64,000 nt of DNA from an uncultured Planctomycetales bacterium. Lineage in GTDB: Bacteria; Planctomycetota; UBA1135; JACQFD01. Made by a program: the position numbers and the translations under genes. Location of the stretch: NCBI GenBank assembly GCA_964545855.1, contig CAZJHD010000023.1, positions 2,423-66,422 on the forward strand. The letters are read 5' to 3'. The notes below the pieces were generated by a model. It did no database searches and was not told the DNA's origin. It worked only from the letters and a program-made list of their open reading frames with translations. Numbering within the stretch: position 1 is the stretch's first letter; every line of letters begins with the position of its first letter. Shown here one piece after another: positions 25,737 through 34,552 of the stretch.

Positions 25737-28316
25737 TCAAGGCTGCACGATCACCAGCAGCGCCCGCGAACTCACGAGCCCGAAGGGCGACGGCGCACAG
25801 ATCCCGCCGGCGATCTGGAGCCAGATCACCTGAACGAAGTAGGCCTGTCCCACGAGGGAGGGCGTGTTCGGGACCAGCACCGGCGCCACTCCCTTCCCCG
25901 TGCGGTCGCTGAAGAAGTCGAAGGCCGCGACCCCGCCGGGGCTCGCGAGGTCGACGTGGAAGAGGACGCCGAGTCCCGTGACGTCGGAGCCGCCCACATC
26001 GGGCGTGTCGCCGACGATCCCGAGGCCGATCGTGGAGGGAGGCGCATTCGTGCAGAGGAAGGCGAAGTTCGGAGCGACCACGGCCGAGTTCGGCCGGACG
26101 GGCCCCGTCGCGCCGATGCCCAGCTCGCCGAGACAGCCCGGCGTCCCCGAGCCGAAGGCGAAGAGCCCCGTCGGCGTCGGGCGGAGATTCAGGTGCACCG
26201 TCACGGCGAGACCCGTCGCCACGGCGAGGTCGAGCGATCCGTCGCGATCGAGGTCGGCCACGGCGAGACCGAGGGTCGCGGACTGCCCGTCGTAGTTGCC
26301 GTAGAACTCGGGCGACGCGAAGCCACCGGCACCGTCCCCGCGGAACAGGGCGCAGTTCACCGTCTGGAACTGCCCCGACACGACATCGAGCCGGCGGTCG
26401 TCGTCGAAGTCACCGATCAACACCTCGTGCGGCTCGTGGGGAGCCGCGAGGAGGGTCTGCGCACCGAAGGCTCCTCCTCCGAGCCCGAGCCGCACGGACA
26501 GGTCGTTCGATCCGGAGTTGGCCGTCACGACGTCGAGGCGTCCGTCCCCGTCGAGGTCGCCGAGCGCGATCCCCCGTGGCGCGTTGCCGACGGCGCAGGT
26601 CGTGACACCCGCCGCGAAGCCGCCGGCGGCCGTCAGGATCGTGATGTCGTCCGAGGCGATGTTCGCCGTGAGGAGGTCCGTCGCGCCGTCGGCGTCGACG
26701 TCGCCGGCCGCGAGGCCGAAGGGTCCCGTCCCCACGGCCACCGTCGAGTCGAGCGCGAACGTGGCGCCGCCCAGATTGCGGAACAGCGAGACGCTGTTCA
26801 CGAGCGAGCGCGCCGCCGCGAGATCGGGCAGGCCGTCGGCGTCGGCGTCGAGCACGGCGAGGTCGCGCGGATTCCCGGGGACGGAGAGCGTGCCGACCAC
26901 CACGAGGCCTCCGGCGCCGTCGCCGCGCAGGATCGTCACCTCGCTCGGATCTCCGCTCACGACGGCGGCATCGGGACGGCCGTCGCCGTCGAAGTCGGCG
27001 ACGGCAATTCCCTCCGGCAAGGCCGAAACGCGCGCCACGCCGCTCGGCGTGAAGCCGCCGAGGCCACCTCCGCGGTGGATCGAGGCCGTCGCCTGGGCCT
27101 CGTCGACGACCACCAGATCGCAGGCGCCATCCAGGTCGAAGTCCGCGGCGGCGCAGTCGATCGTCGTTCCCGTGGCGGGCACCGCCCCCGGCACGAGGAT
27201 CCCTCCGCCCGGCGCCCCCGCGAGGACGGCCACGTTCCCGCGGTCGGCGCTCGCCGCGAGCAGATCGGGCCATCCATCGTTCGTCGCGTCACCGATCGCG
27301 AGGCCGAAGGTGCCGACGCCGGACGGGAGCGCGACCCCCACGGGGTACATCCCGAAGGCATCCTGCGGGACGACGATCACGTTGCCGCCCGTCTGGCCCA
27401 CGAATCCGAGGCCGACGTCGGGCCGACCGTCGAAGGTGAGGTCGCCGGCCACGATGGAGATGGGCGACACCTCGGGCACGACGAACGTCGTCGTGATCGA
27501 CGTCACGGCCCCGAGACCGTCGCCGAGATACACGCTCATCGTGCGGCTCGCCTCGTTCGCCGAGAGGAAATCCATCGTGCCGTCGAGATTCACGTCGGCC
27601 GTCGCGATGGCGGTCGGATGCAGGCTCGGGTCGACGGAGACTCCCGGGAGGAATCCGCCGGCGCCGTTGCCGAAGAGCAGCACGATCTCCGCCGACCCGG
27701 GGCACGCGACGATCAGGTCGACCGCCGAGTCGGCGTTCCAGAGCGTCGCCGCGATGGACGACGGCCCGACACCGACGGGGTGGCTCGTCGTCGTCACCGG
27801 GAGACCCAGCGCCGAGAACGTGATCACGCAGACCTCGTTCGCGCCCCAGCAGGTGACGGCGACGTCGGGCGCACCGTCTCCGTTCAGGTCGCGCGCCACG
27901 ACGGAGACGGGCGTCGCGCCCGTCGGGATCGGCGTGCCGGGCAGCAGATTCCCGTTGGCGAGCCCGAAGAGGACCTGGATCTCGTCGGAGCCCGTGAGCG
28001 CGACGACGGCGTCGGCGCGTCCGTCGCCGTTCAGATCGCGCAGCGCGACACCCGCCGGGAAGGATCCGCCGACGGCGAAGGAGCGCGGCGGAGCGAAGGC
28101 CCCGCCGAGGGCGCCGAGGAGGACCGTGACGGTGTCCTCCCCCGCGTTCGTCACCACGACGTCGTTGCGCCCGTCGCCATTCACGTCGCCGATCGCGACG
28201 CCGCGCGAGCCCTGTCCCGTCGGGTACTGGCGCGCCGTGAAGAGGGATTGACTCGACACGCTCCGCGCGAGGCAGAGGGCGAGTGCGAGCGAGCCGAGGA
28301 GCGTCGGGAGGTTCAT
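25737..28316 (-). CDS. Secreted FG-GAP/VCBS repeat protein (about 14 repeats)
   Basis: ATG 28316 gives the signal peptide MNLPTLLGSLALALCLA. There are fourteen DxNGDGxxD-type repeats (GDVNGDGRNDVVV, RDLNGDGRADAVV, ... ADLDRDGSLDLAV), consistent with two 7-bladed propellers. An unassigned C-terminal region of about 130 aa follows. Confidence 0.85.
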   Translation of the reverse strand: MNLPTLLGSLALALCLARSVSSQSLFTARQYPTGQGSRGVAIGDVNGDGRNDVVVTNAGEDTVTVLLGALGGAFAPPRSFAVGGSFPAGVALRDLNGDGRADAVVALTGSDEIQVLFGLANGNLLPGTPIPTGATPVSVVARDLNGDGAPDVAVTCWGANEVCVITFSALGLPVTTTSHPVGVGPSSIAATLWNADSAVDLIVACPGSAEIVLLFGNGAGGFLPGVSVDPSLHPTAIATADVNLDGTMDFLSANEASRTMSVYLGDGLGAVTSITTTFVVPEVSPISIVAGDLTFDGRPDVGLGFVGQTGGNVIVVPQDAFGMYPVGVALPSGVGTFGLAIGDATNDGWPDLLAASADRGNVAVLAGAPGGGILVPGAVPATGTTIDCAAADFDLDGACDLVVVDEAQATASIHRGGGLGGFTPSGVARVSALPEGIAVADFDGDGRPDAAVVSGDPSEVTILRGDGAGGLVVVGTLSVPGNPRDLAVLDADADGLPDLAAARSLVNSVSLFRNLGGATFALDSTVAVGTGPFGLAAGDVDADGATDLLTANIASDDITILTAAGGFAAGVTTCAVGNAPRGIALGDLDGDGRLDVVTANSGSNDLSVRLGLGGGAFGAQTLLAAPHEPHEVLIGDFDDDRRLDVVSGQFQTVNCALFRGDGAGGFASPEFYGNYDGQSATLGLAVADLDRDGSLDLAVATGLAVTVHLNLRPTPTGLFAFGSGTPGCLGELGIGATGPVRPNSAVVAPNFAFLCTNAPPSTIGLGIVGDTPDVGGSDVTGLGVLFHVDLASPGGVAAFDFFSDRTGKGVAPVLVPNTPSLVGQAYFVQVIWLQIAGGICAPSPFGLVSSRALLVIVQP

Positions 28317-28430
28317 GTCGCGGGCACCCCGGTCGGGAGCGCCATCGGGACGCGGGACCACCGCGAATGCGCATCGCACTCTACCGGAGTCTGCCGGGAG
28401 GCGAAGCGCGGACCTCGTCGCTCGCGACGA

Positions 28431-29585
28431 TCAGGCGCCCGGCGTGCCGGGGCTGAACTTGCCTTCTTGACGCGGGCTCTCGGCCGCGAGGGAGCCCTCG
28501 GAGGCCGCGATCATCGGGTGCTCCCGCACGAGGCAGCCCTTGCACACGTTCGGAACGTCGCCGGAGTACATGCGCGCCCGGAGATCCTGCGCCGCCGGTC
28601 CGTTCCACACCTCGTCGAAGGGCTGCTCGAATACGTTCCCCAGGCGCAGGTCCTTCGGCGCGCGGCAGCAGGGATAGGCCTCGCCGTTCGGCTCCACCTT
28701 CAGGTAGGTCGCGACCATCGGGCAGAAGCCGGCGCTCTCCTTCGAGTGGAGCCGCTGCAGCCACTCGATCACGTGCGCCTCGTGGACGCGCGACGGAACG
28801 AGGGCGTAGACGTGGCGGGCGCCCCAGGGCTCCGGCAGCAGGTACGCGAGGTTCACTCCGCGCGCCTGCGCGCGCGCGCGCATGGCCTCGAGGATCCCGC
28901 CGATGCGCTCGTCCCCGAGCACCTCGTAGGGATTGCCCTCCATGGCGCGGGTCGAGCAATCCAGGAGATCGAGCACCGTGATCTCGAGACCCCCCTGGTC
29001 GGCGACCCAGTCGACGTACTCCGCGTAGTGCGGCGCCGTCTCGGCCATGAAGACCGTGTGGAAGACGCAGGGGATCGAGAGCTCGCGGCAGCGGCGCACC
29101 GCGTAGGCGACGTTCGGGAAGACCTTCGCCGCCTTGATCGGAGTGCGGACCTTCTCGAGCACCTCCGGCACGTGGGAGTCGATCGAGAGCGTGATGCGAT
29201 GGATCCGCGGCGCGAGCTTCTCGAACTTCTCCGGCGTGAGGAGCGTCGCGTTCGTGTAGAGCTCCAGGAAGACGCCCTTCTCCTCGCACAGCCGGAGCAT
29301 CGCGTCGATGTCGTTCAGGAGCGGCTCGCTCGTCGCCGTCGGCGTCCAGGCGACGACGGAGTCGAGCGCCACGTCGAGGAACGGGCGGGCCGCCTCGACG
29401 GAGACCTTCGACACGGGAGGATCGTCGCTCTGGCTGCACATCACGCAGCGCAGGTTGCACGCGGACGTGAACGCGAACTCGAGCGTCGACGGGCCGTGCT
29501 CGAACCGCGTCTCGCCGCGCGAGATCGAGCGGACGGCGCGCACGAAATTGCGCAGCTCGCGGTCGACCTTCTGGGAGTCCGGCAT
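28431..29585 (-). CDS. Radical SAM enzyme with C-terminal Cys-rich SPASM/twitch-like domain
   Basis: The CxxxCxxC motif is in FTSACNLRCVMCS, about 40 aa from the N-terminus. The C-terminal cysteines lie in GFCPMV, EAYPCC and NVCKGC. Confidence 0.85.
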   Translation of the reverse strand: MPDSQKVDRELRNFVRAVRSISRGETRFEHGPSTLEFAFTSACNLRCVMCSQSDDPPVSKVSVEAARPFLDVALDSVVAWTPTATSEPLLNDIDAMLRLCEEKGVFLELYTNATLLTPEKFEKLAPRIHRITLSIDSHVPEVLEKVRTPIKAAKVFPNVAYAVRRCRELSIPCVFHTVFMAETAPHYAEYVDWVADQGGLEITVLDLLDCSTRAMEGNPYEVLGDERIGGILEAMRARAQARGVNLAYLLPEPWGARHVYALVPSRVHEAHVIEWLQRLHSKESAGFCPMVATYLKVEPNGEAYPCCRAPKDLRLGNVFEQPFDEVWNGPAAQDLRARMYSGDVPNVCKGCLVREHPMIAASEGSLAAESPRQEGKFSPGTPGA

Positions 29586-29697
29586 GGGTGGAAACGGGCC
29601 CGCGGACGATGCCCCGGGAGGAAGAATCTACCCCATGGAGCCGGCCATCGCCGGAAGCGCGCCGCGCGGCGTCCCGCCCAGGCGGCGGAACGCTCCT

Positions 29698-30672
29698 TCA
29701 GCGGCGGGCCAGGTCGACCTCGGCGGCGATCACGCCGAAGGAGGCCCAATGGGGATGGGCGATGACGCGCCGCAGGAGCTTCTCCGCCTCCTGGCTCTCG
29801 CCTCGGGCCGCGAGGATGCGCGCCACGCCGTAGCCGAGCGTCGGGACATCCGTCGAATCGGGAGCGTCGTTGCCCGACGCGAGGACCGCCGCCGCGTCGA
29901 GCTCGCCCTTCATCACGAGACACAGGTCGCGGTAGGTCCGGCTCTCGGTCACCTCCATCGCCGCCGAGATCGGCGCGACGGCTTCGCGCGCCGCGTCGTT
30001 CTTCCCCTGCCGGAGCAGCGAGAGAGCGAGCCAGTAGGTCGTGGAGCAGAGCTTCTCGGCCGTTCCGGAGAAGCCGAGGCACTCCCGGTACGCGCGCTCG
30101 GCGCCGGCGAAGTCGCCCGACAGGTAGCGCGCGAGGCCGAGGTGGTACCAGACCGCGTGGTGCGTGCTCCCCGTCGGAGCCACCGCGCTCGGGAGCGTGT
30201 CCGGCTCGATCGCGTCGGGGACGGCCCGGGCGAGATCCGCCGCGCGCTCCAGGTCGGCGATCGCGCGCTCGAAGGATCGGAGCGTGATCCAGCGGTGGCC
30301 CCGGTGACGGAGCAGGCGGAAGTCGCCCGGGAAGCGCTCGATCGCGCCGTCGAGGAAGGCGACCTTCTCGCGGTATCGATAGAGGGGCGCGAGGCGCCGC
30401 GCGTAGACGATCCATGCCTCGGCGTCGTTGGGCCGGCGGTCGAGATCCGCCTTCGCCTCCGCGAGCCACGCTTCGAGCTCCACACGGCGCGCCGCGCTCG
30501 GATCCTGCCGCCGCAGGGGAGCTCCCAGGAGAGACATGGTCTCGACGCCGGGCGGGAGGGGCGGCTCCGACGAAGTCGATGCGCAGGCGCCGAGCGAGGC
30601 GGCGCAGGCGGCGGCGATGCCCGCCGCCGCGAAGGAACTCGGAGAGCGCCTTCCACGAGCGGCCCCGCTCAA
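29698..30672 (-). CDS. TPR-like repeat lipoprotein
   Basis: TTG 30672 overlaps the upstream stop (TTGA). The hand-translated N-terminus is MSGAARGRRSPSSFAAAGIAAACAASLGACAS (lipobox LGAC). Helical repeats include HAVWYHLGLARYLSGDFAGAERAYRECL. Confidence 0.6.
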   Translation of the reverse strand: MSGAARGRRSPSSFAAAGIAAACAASLGACASTSSEPPLPPGVETMSLLGAPLRRQDPSAARRVELEAWLAEAKADLDRRPNDAEAWIVYARRLAPLYRYREKVAFLDGAIERFPGDFRLLRHRGHRWITLRSFERAIADLERAADLARAVPDAIEPDTLPSAVAPTGSTHHAVWYHLGLARYLSGDFAGAERAYRECLGFSGTAEKLCSTTYWLALSLLRQGKNDAAREAVAPISAAMEVTESRTYRDLCLVMKGELDAAAVLASGNDAPDSTDVPTLGYGVARILAARGESQEAEKLLRRVIAHPHWASFGVIAAEVDLARR

Positions 30673-31886
30673 TGGGCCACCTTGCGCCCGAGATGCTCTT
30701 CGTAGGCCTTCGAGTCGAGCACGTTCCGGAGCTCCTTGCGGAAGCGGTCGAGGTCGCCCGAGTTCGAGTAGAAGTGCGGCGAGACCCGGATCCCCGCGCC
30801 GGGCCGGTAGTCGACGAGGACGTCTCGGCTCTGCAGCTCCGCGACCACGGCCGGGCCGATCGCGTCGGGCGTGGCCGGGTCGTCGACGGCGACGGTGATC
30901 GTGCCGCCGCGCCGCGCGGGATCGCTCGGCGACGTGATGCGGAGGCCGTCGTCGACGCAGGCCGCGACGAAGGCCTCCGTGAGGGCCTGGCTCTTCTCGC
31001 GGATCGCCCGCACTCCGATCTCCGCGACGATCTCGTAGCCCGCCCGCGCGGCGATGAGCGCGGGGATCGCCGGCGACCCATGCAGGAATCGGCGCACGTC
31101 TCCCGCGTAGCGGATCGCGCCGCCCTCGAAGGCGAAGGGATCCTCGTGGGCGGCCCATCCGGTCACCGCCGGCTCGAAGCGCTCGAAGAGGTCGGGACGC
31201 ACGTAGAGGTATCCCGCGCCCGGGCCGCCGCAGAGCCACTTCACGGAACCGCCGACGACGAAGTCGACGCCCATCTCGCGCACGGAGAAGGGCACCGTGC
31301 CCGTCGACTGGTAGCAGTCGAGCACGACGAGGGCGCCCACCTCGTGGGCACGCTTCACGATCGCCGCCGCGTCCTGCAGATAGGCCGACTTGTAGAGGAC
31401 GTGGGAGATCGGCACGACGAGCGTCCGCTCGTCGATCGCCGCCAGCATGTCCTCGAGATCGATCGTCATGCCGTCGCGGCTCTTCACGACGGTGATCTCC
31501 GCGCCGCGGCGCCGCTGGGCTTCCCAGACGTACATGACGCTCGGGAAGTTCAGCTCCGAGTACACGACCCGGTTGCGCGGCGCGCGGAACTCGAGGCAGC
31601 TCGCGAGCAGCGACTCGATCACCGAGACGTTCTGGTGCATCACGACGGAGCCGGCCGGAGCGTCGAGGATGCGCGCGAGCAGGTTCCCGATCTCGACGGG
31701 CATGTCCCACCAGCCCTCCGACCAGGCGCGCACGCCCCGCGTCGCCCAGACGTCCGCGTACTCGCGGAGGCGGTCGTAGACGACGCGCGGCATCGCCCCG
31801 AGCGAGTGCGAGACGAGGTACGTCGTCGTCTCCGCGATCGGGAACTGGTGGCGGTAGTGGGCGAGCGGATCGGACATCGGCCGCAT
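30669..31886 (-). CDS. kynU: Kynureninase-family PLP-dependent enzyme
   Basis: It parallels bacterial kynureninase as I remember it. YLVSHSLGAMP matches YLDGNSLGARP. GGSVKWLCGGPGAGYLYV matches CTYKYLNGGPGS (the PLP lysine). TGWAAHEDPFAFE and DYRPGAGIRVSPHFY are also present. Confidence 0.75.
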   Translation of the reverse strand: MRPMSDPLAHYRHQFPIAETTTYLVSHSLGAMPRVVYDRLREYADVWATRGVRAWSEGWWDMPVEIGNLLARILDAPAGSVVMHQNVSVIESLLASCLEFRAPRNRVVYSELNFPSVMYVWEAQRRRGAEITVVKSRDGMTIDLEDMLAAIDERTLVVPISHVLYKSAYLQDAAAIVKRAHEVGALVVLDCYQSTGTVPFSVREMGVDFVVGGSVKWLCGGPGAGYLYVRPDLFERFEPAVTGWAAHEDPFAFEGGAIRYAGDVRRFLHGSPAIPALIAARAGYEIVAEIGVRAIREKSQALTEAFVAACVDDGLRITSPSDPARRGGTITVAVDDPATPDAIGPAVVAELQSRDVLVDYRPGAGIRVSPHFYSNSGDLDRFRKELRNVLDSKAYEEHLGRKVAH

Positions 31887-31913
31887 CCTACCTTCGGCGG
31901 CGGCGCCGGCGCG

Positions 31914-33938
31914 TCAGCGGGAGACGGCCCAATCCCAGAGCTCCGCGGCCCGGCGGAGCACGCGCGCGCGATCCTCCGGGAGGAGCAGGCGCTCCCGCAC
32001 GAGATCGTCGGCGGCGCGCGCCGCGTGCTCGAGATGGACCGCGCGGCTCCCGTGGAGTTCCTCGAGGCTCGGGCGCGGATCGGAGCGCTGGCGGCGCGCT
32101 TCGGAGTTCGCGGCGAGGGGCACGATCGTGCCGACGAAGTCGGCGAGCTCGCCGTTCCCGCCGGCCATCCCGCGCCGGACGCTCCAGGGCGCGTAGGTCG
32201 CGACGGGCACCGCGAGCTCGAGGGAGCGGAGACCACCGATCTCGTTCCCGAGCGCGTCCACCTGCGGCACCAGCGACGGGAATGCGGCCCCCAGGTCGGG
32301 CGGCTCCTTCGCGACGATCCCGCGCGGCCACTCGGGGCCGTAGTCCACGCGGTAGGCCTCGTGGGCGACGCGCGGCGCCTCGATGCCGGCGATCGACGGG
32401 AAGCGCAGCTCCGAGACCGGCACGAGGCTGCCCGCGTCGATGCGCGGGTACGCGCTCGGCGGCGGCTCGCGACCGGTCTCGACCCACTCGACGAGGGCCA
32501 CGAGCAGAGCGCGCAGCGTCACGAGGAAGTCGAGAGGATCGCCGCTCCACGCTTCGGCGCCCTCGATCCGCGCGCGTGGGCTCGGCGGGAAGCCGGCGAC
32601 GAAGTGCTGTCCTCCGGCGAGGTGATAGATGCGCTCGTCCGCGAAGGGCTCCACGTCGGCCGATCCGTCGAGCGAGGTGTGCAGCAGCGACGCGGCGCGG
32701 CCCCAGTACTCGTAGCCGGTGTTCGTGAAGACGACGCGCGGCCTCGGCGCCCCGTCCGCGCGCGCCGGACGGAGTCCCTCCCGCGCGCCCGTGAGCGGAT
32801 CGCGCTGCGCCCGCGTGCCGAAGGGGAACAGGTCCGTCGGGAAGAAGAACGCGGAGTAGCGGTGGGCGTCGCGCGACGGCTGCGCGAAGCGGTGGTTGAA
32901 GCTTCCTCGCCCGGCGCCGGCCGTGTGCACGAGGCACGCGTCCAGCGCGAGGCGGCCGCGCTCGTCGAGGTCGAAGCCCTGGTGGAGGAGGTGGCGGAGG
33001 AAGCGCCCCGTCTGGGAGACGCCGAATGCGACGACGCGGCGCGCGGGGAACGGGCAGCCCTCGCCGTGCTTCAGGAACGAGGCGACGTCGCGGATCGCCG
33101 CGAGCCCGACGCCGGCGACGGCCGGCCTCCGCGACCGGTAGACGAGCTCGTAGATGCTTCCGGCCTCGAATCCGCCGTCGCGCTCGATGGCGGAAGCCGC
33201 CGCGTCGCCGTCGCGCGCGCGCACGAAGCGCCACTCGCCGCGCGGCACGACGCGGCGCACCGCGAGGCGTCCGTCGCGCACCGTGAGCACGTCCTCCGAA
33301 GAGCTCTCGTCGATCGGCGCATAGGCGATGTGGCCGCGGTGACCGAGCGGGAGCGACGGCGCGGGGGCATCGACGGTCCAATCGGAGCGGACGAGGCCCT
33401 CCACTCCATCGACGAACGGCGCCCGGAGGCGGAGCCGCCCGCCCCCGTCCGGCACGTCCCACTGCCATCCGACCCAGACGAGCGTGAGACCGAGCCGCAG
33501 CGGGAGACCGTCGCCGAAATGCTCCGGCCCCGTGGGATCGGCGGAGGATCGCGCGTCCGCGAAGTACGGGAGCACGGCTTTCCCGCCTCGATTGCTCACC
33601 TCCAGGAGCGCGGTGCCGCGGCGGCGCTCCGGGTCCTTCGGCTGGAGGACGTACAAGTCGGCGGTCGCGCGGACGAGTCCGCGGTCGTCGCGTGGCGCGC
33701 GATCGAGGTCGACGATCGCGCGGTTCGCCTCGAGCGCCGGGTCGAGCACGATCTCGATCGTGCCGACGATCCGCTCGTAGGCGCCGGCATCGCCGAAGGC
33801 GGCCCCGTCGAGCACGTCCTCGCGCCGGTCGATCACGACGGCGCCGACCTCGGCCCGCGCCGCCGGGGCTCCCGCGAAGGCCGCGAGGAGGACGGCGCCG
33901 ATCCGGGACAGGCGCCGCGCCGGAGCGGAGCCGCGCAT
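31914..33938 (-). CDS. Secreted alpha/beta hydrolase domain-containing protein (large uncharacterised family)
   Basis: ATG 33938 within ORF 31914..34733 overlaps the upstream stop by 1 nt (TGATG). The signal peptide is MRGSAPARRLSRIGAVLLAAFAGAPAARA. The nucleophile-elbow-like string is AFGVSQTGRFL. Length is 674 aa. Confidence 0.65.
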   Translation of the reverse strand: MRGSAPARRLSRIGAVLLAAFAGAPAARAEVGAVVIDRREDVLDGAAFGDAGAYERIVGTIEIVLDPALEANRAIVDLDRAPRDDRGLVRATADLYVLQPKDPERRRGTALLEVSNRGGKAVLPYFADARSSADPTGPEHFGDGLPLRLGLTLVWVGWQWDVPDGGGRLRLRAPFVDGVEGLVRSDWTVDAPAPSLPLGHRGHIAYAPIDESSSEDVLTVRDGRLAVRRVVPRGEWRFVRARDGDAAASAIERDGGFEAGSIYELVYRSRRPAVAGVGLAAIRDVASFLKHGEGCPFPARRVVAFGVSQTGRFLRHLLHQGFDLDERGRLALDACLVHTAGAGRGSFNHRFAQPSRDAHRYSAFFFPTDLFPFGTRAQRDPLTGAREGLRPARADGAPRPRVVFTNTGYEYWGRAASLLHTSLDGSADVEPFADERIYHLAGGQHFVAGFPPSPRARIEGAEAWSGDPLDFLVTLRALLVALVEWVETGREPPPSAYPRIDAGSLVPVSELRFPSIAGIEAPRVAHEAYRVDYGPEWPRGIVAKEPPDLGAAFPSLVPQVDALGNEIGGLRSLELAVPVATYAPWSVRRGMAGGNGELADFVGTIVPLAANSEARRQRSDPRPSLEELHGSRAVHLEHAARAADDLVRERLLLPEDRARVLRRAAELWDWAVSR

Positions 33939-34552
33939 CACCGCGGATCGCCGGGCTTCTTCTTGCCGGGATTGTGTCGAGGCAGCTCGGGCTGGACTCG
34001 GTCGGGGTTGCCGGTCTCGTCGATGACCTTCGGCGGGATCTGGTCGGGATCCGGCTCCGGCCGGAGCGTGGCCAGGAGATCGAAGTCGAATCCGCCGTCG
34101 CCGCGGTCGTCGCGCCAGCCCCGCACCTCGAGCGTCACGGCGCCCTCGGGCTGGAAGTCCGCCCGCGCGGCGCGCACGCGCACGGTGCGGCGCTCGAAGC
34201 CGAGGAGCACGCGGTGCGTGAGCGGCTCGTCCTCCCCGTCGAGGAGGAGCGCCGGGGACGAGAGCTCCGGGTCCTTCGATCGGAGGCGCATCTCCTCGAC
34301 GGCGAGCGTCACGCGGCCGATGCCGCGATTCGCGAGGTCCAGCTCGAACCAGGGATCGTCGCCGTCGCGGTCGGCCTTCGCGACGATCGACACGTGGCGG
34401 CGCTCGAAGGCGTAGGACGACCGGAGGCCGTCGGGCCCCGGAATCGCACGAACGAGGTAGCGCGGCTCGGGCCGCTCCGCTGCCGTCGACGCGCATCCCG
34501 CGGCGAGACCCGACAGCGCGACGAGCGCCCAGCGCGCGTGGCGCGGCCTCAT
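33938..34552 (-). CDS. Hypothetical lipoprotein
   Basis: ATG 34552 overlaps the upstream stop (ATGA). The N-terminus is MRPRHARWALVALSGLAAGCAS (lipobox). The upstream part of ORF 33938..35671 is junk. Confidence 0.55.
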   Translation of the reverse strand: MRPRHARWALVALSGLAAGCASTAAERPEPRYLVRAIPGPDGLRSSYAFERRHVSIVAKADRDGDDPWFELDLANRGIGRVTLAVEEMRLRSKDPELSSPALLLDGEDEPLTHRVLLGFERRTVRVRAARADFQPEGAVTLEVRGWRDDRGDGGFDFDLLATLRPEPDPDQIPPKVIDETGNPDRVQPELPRHNPGKKKPGDPR

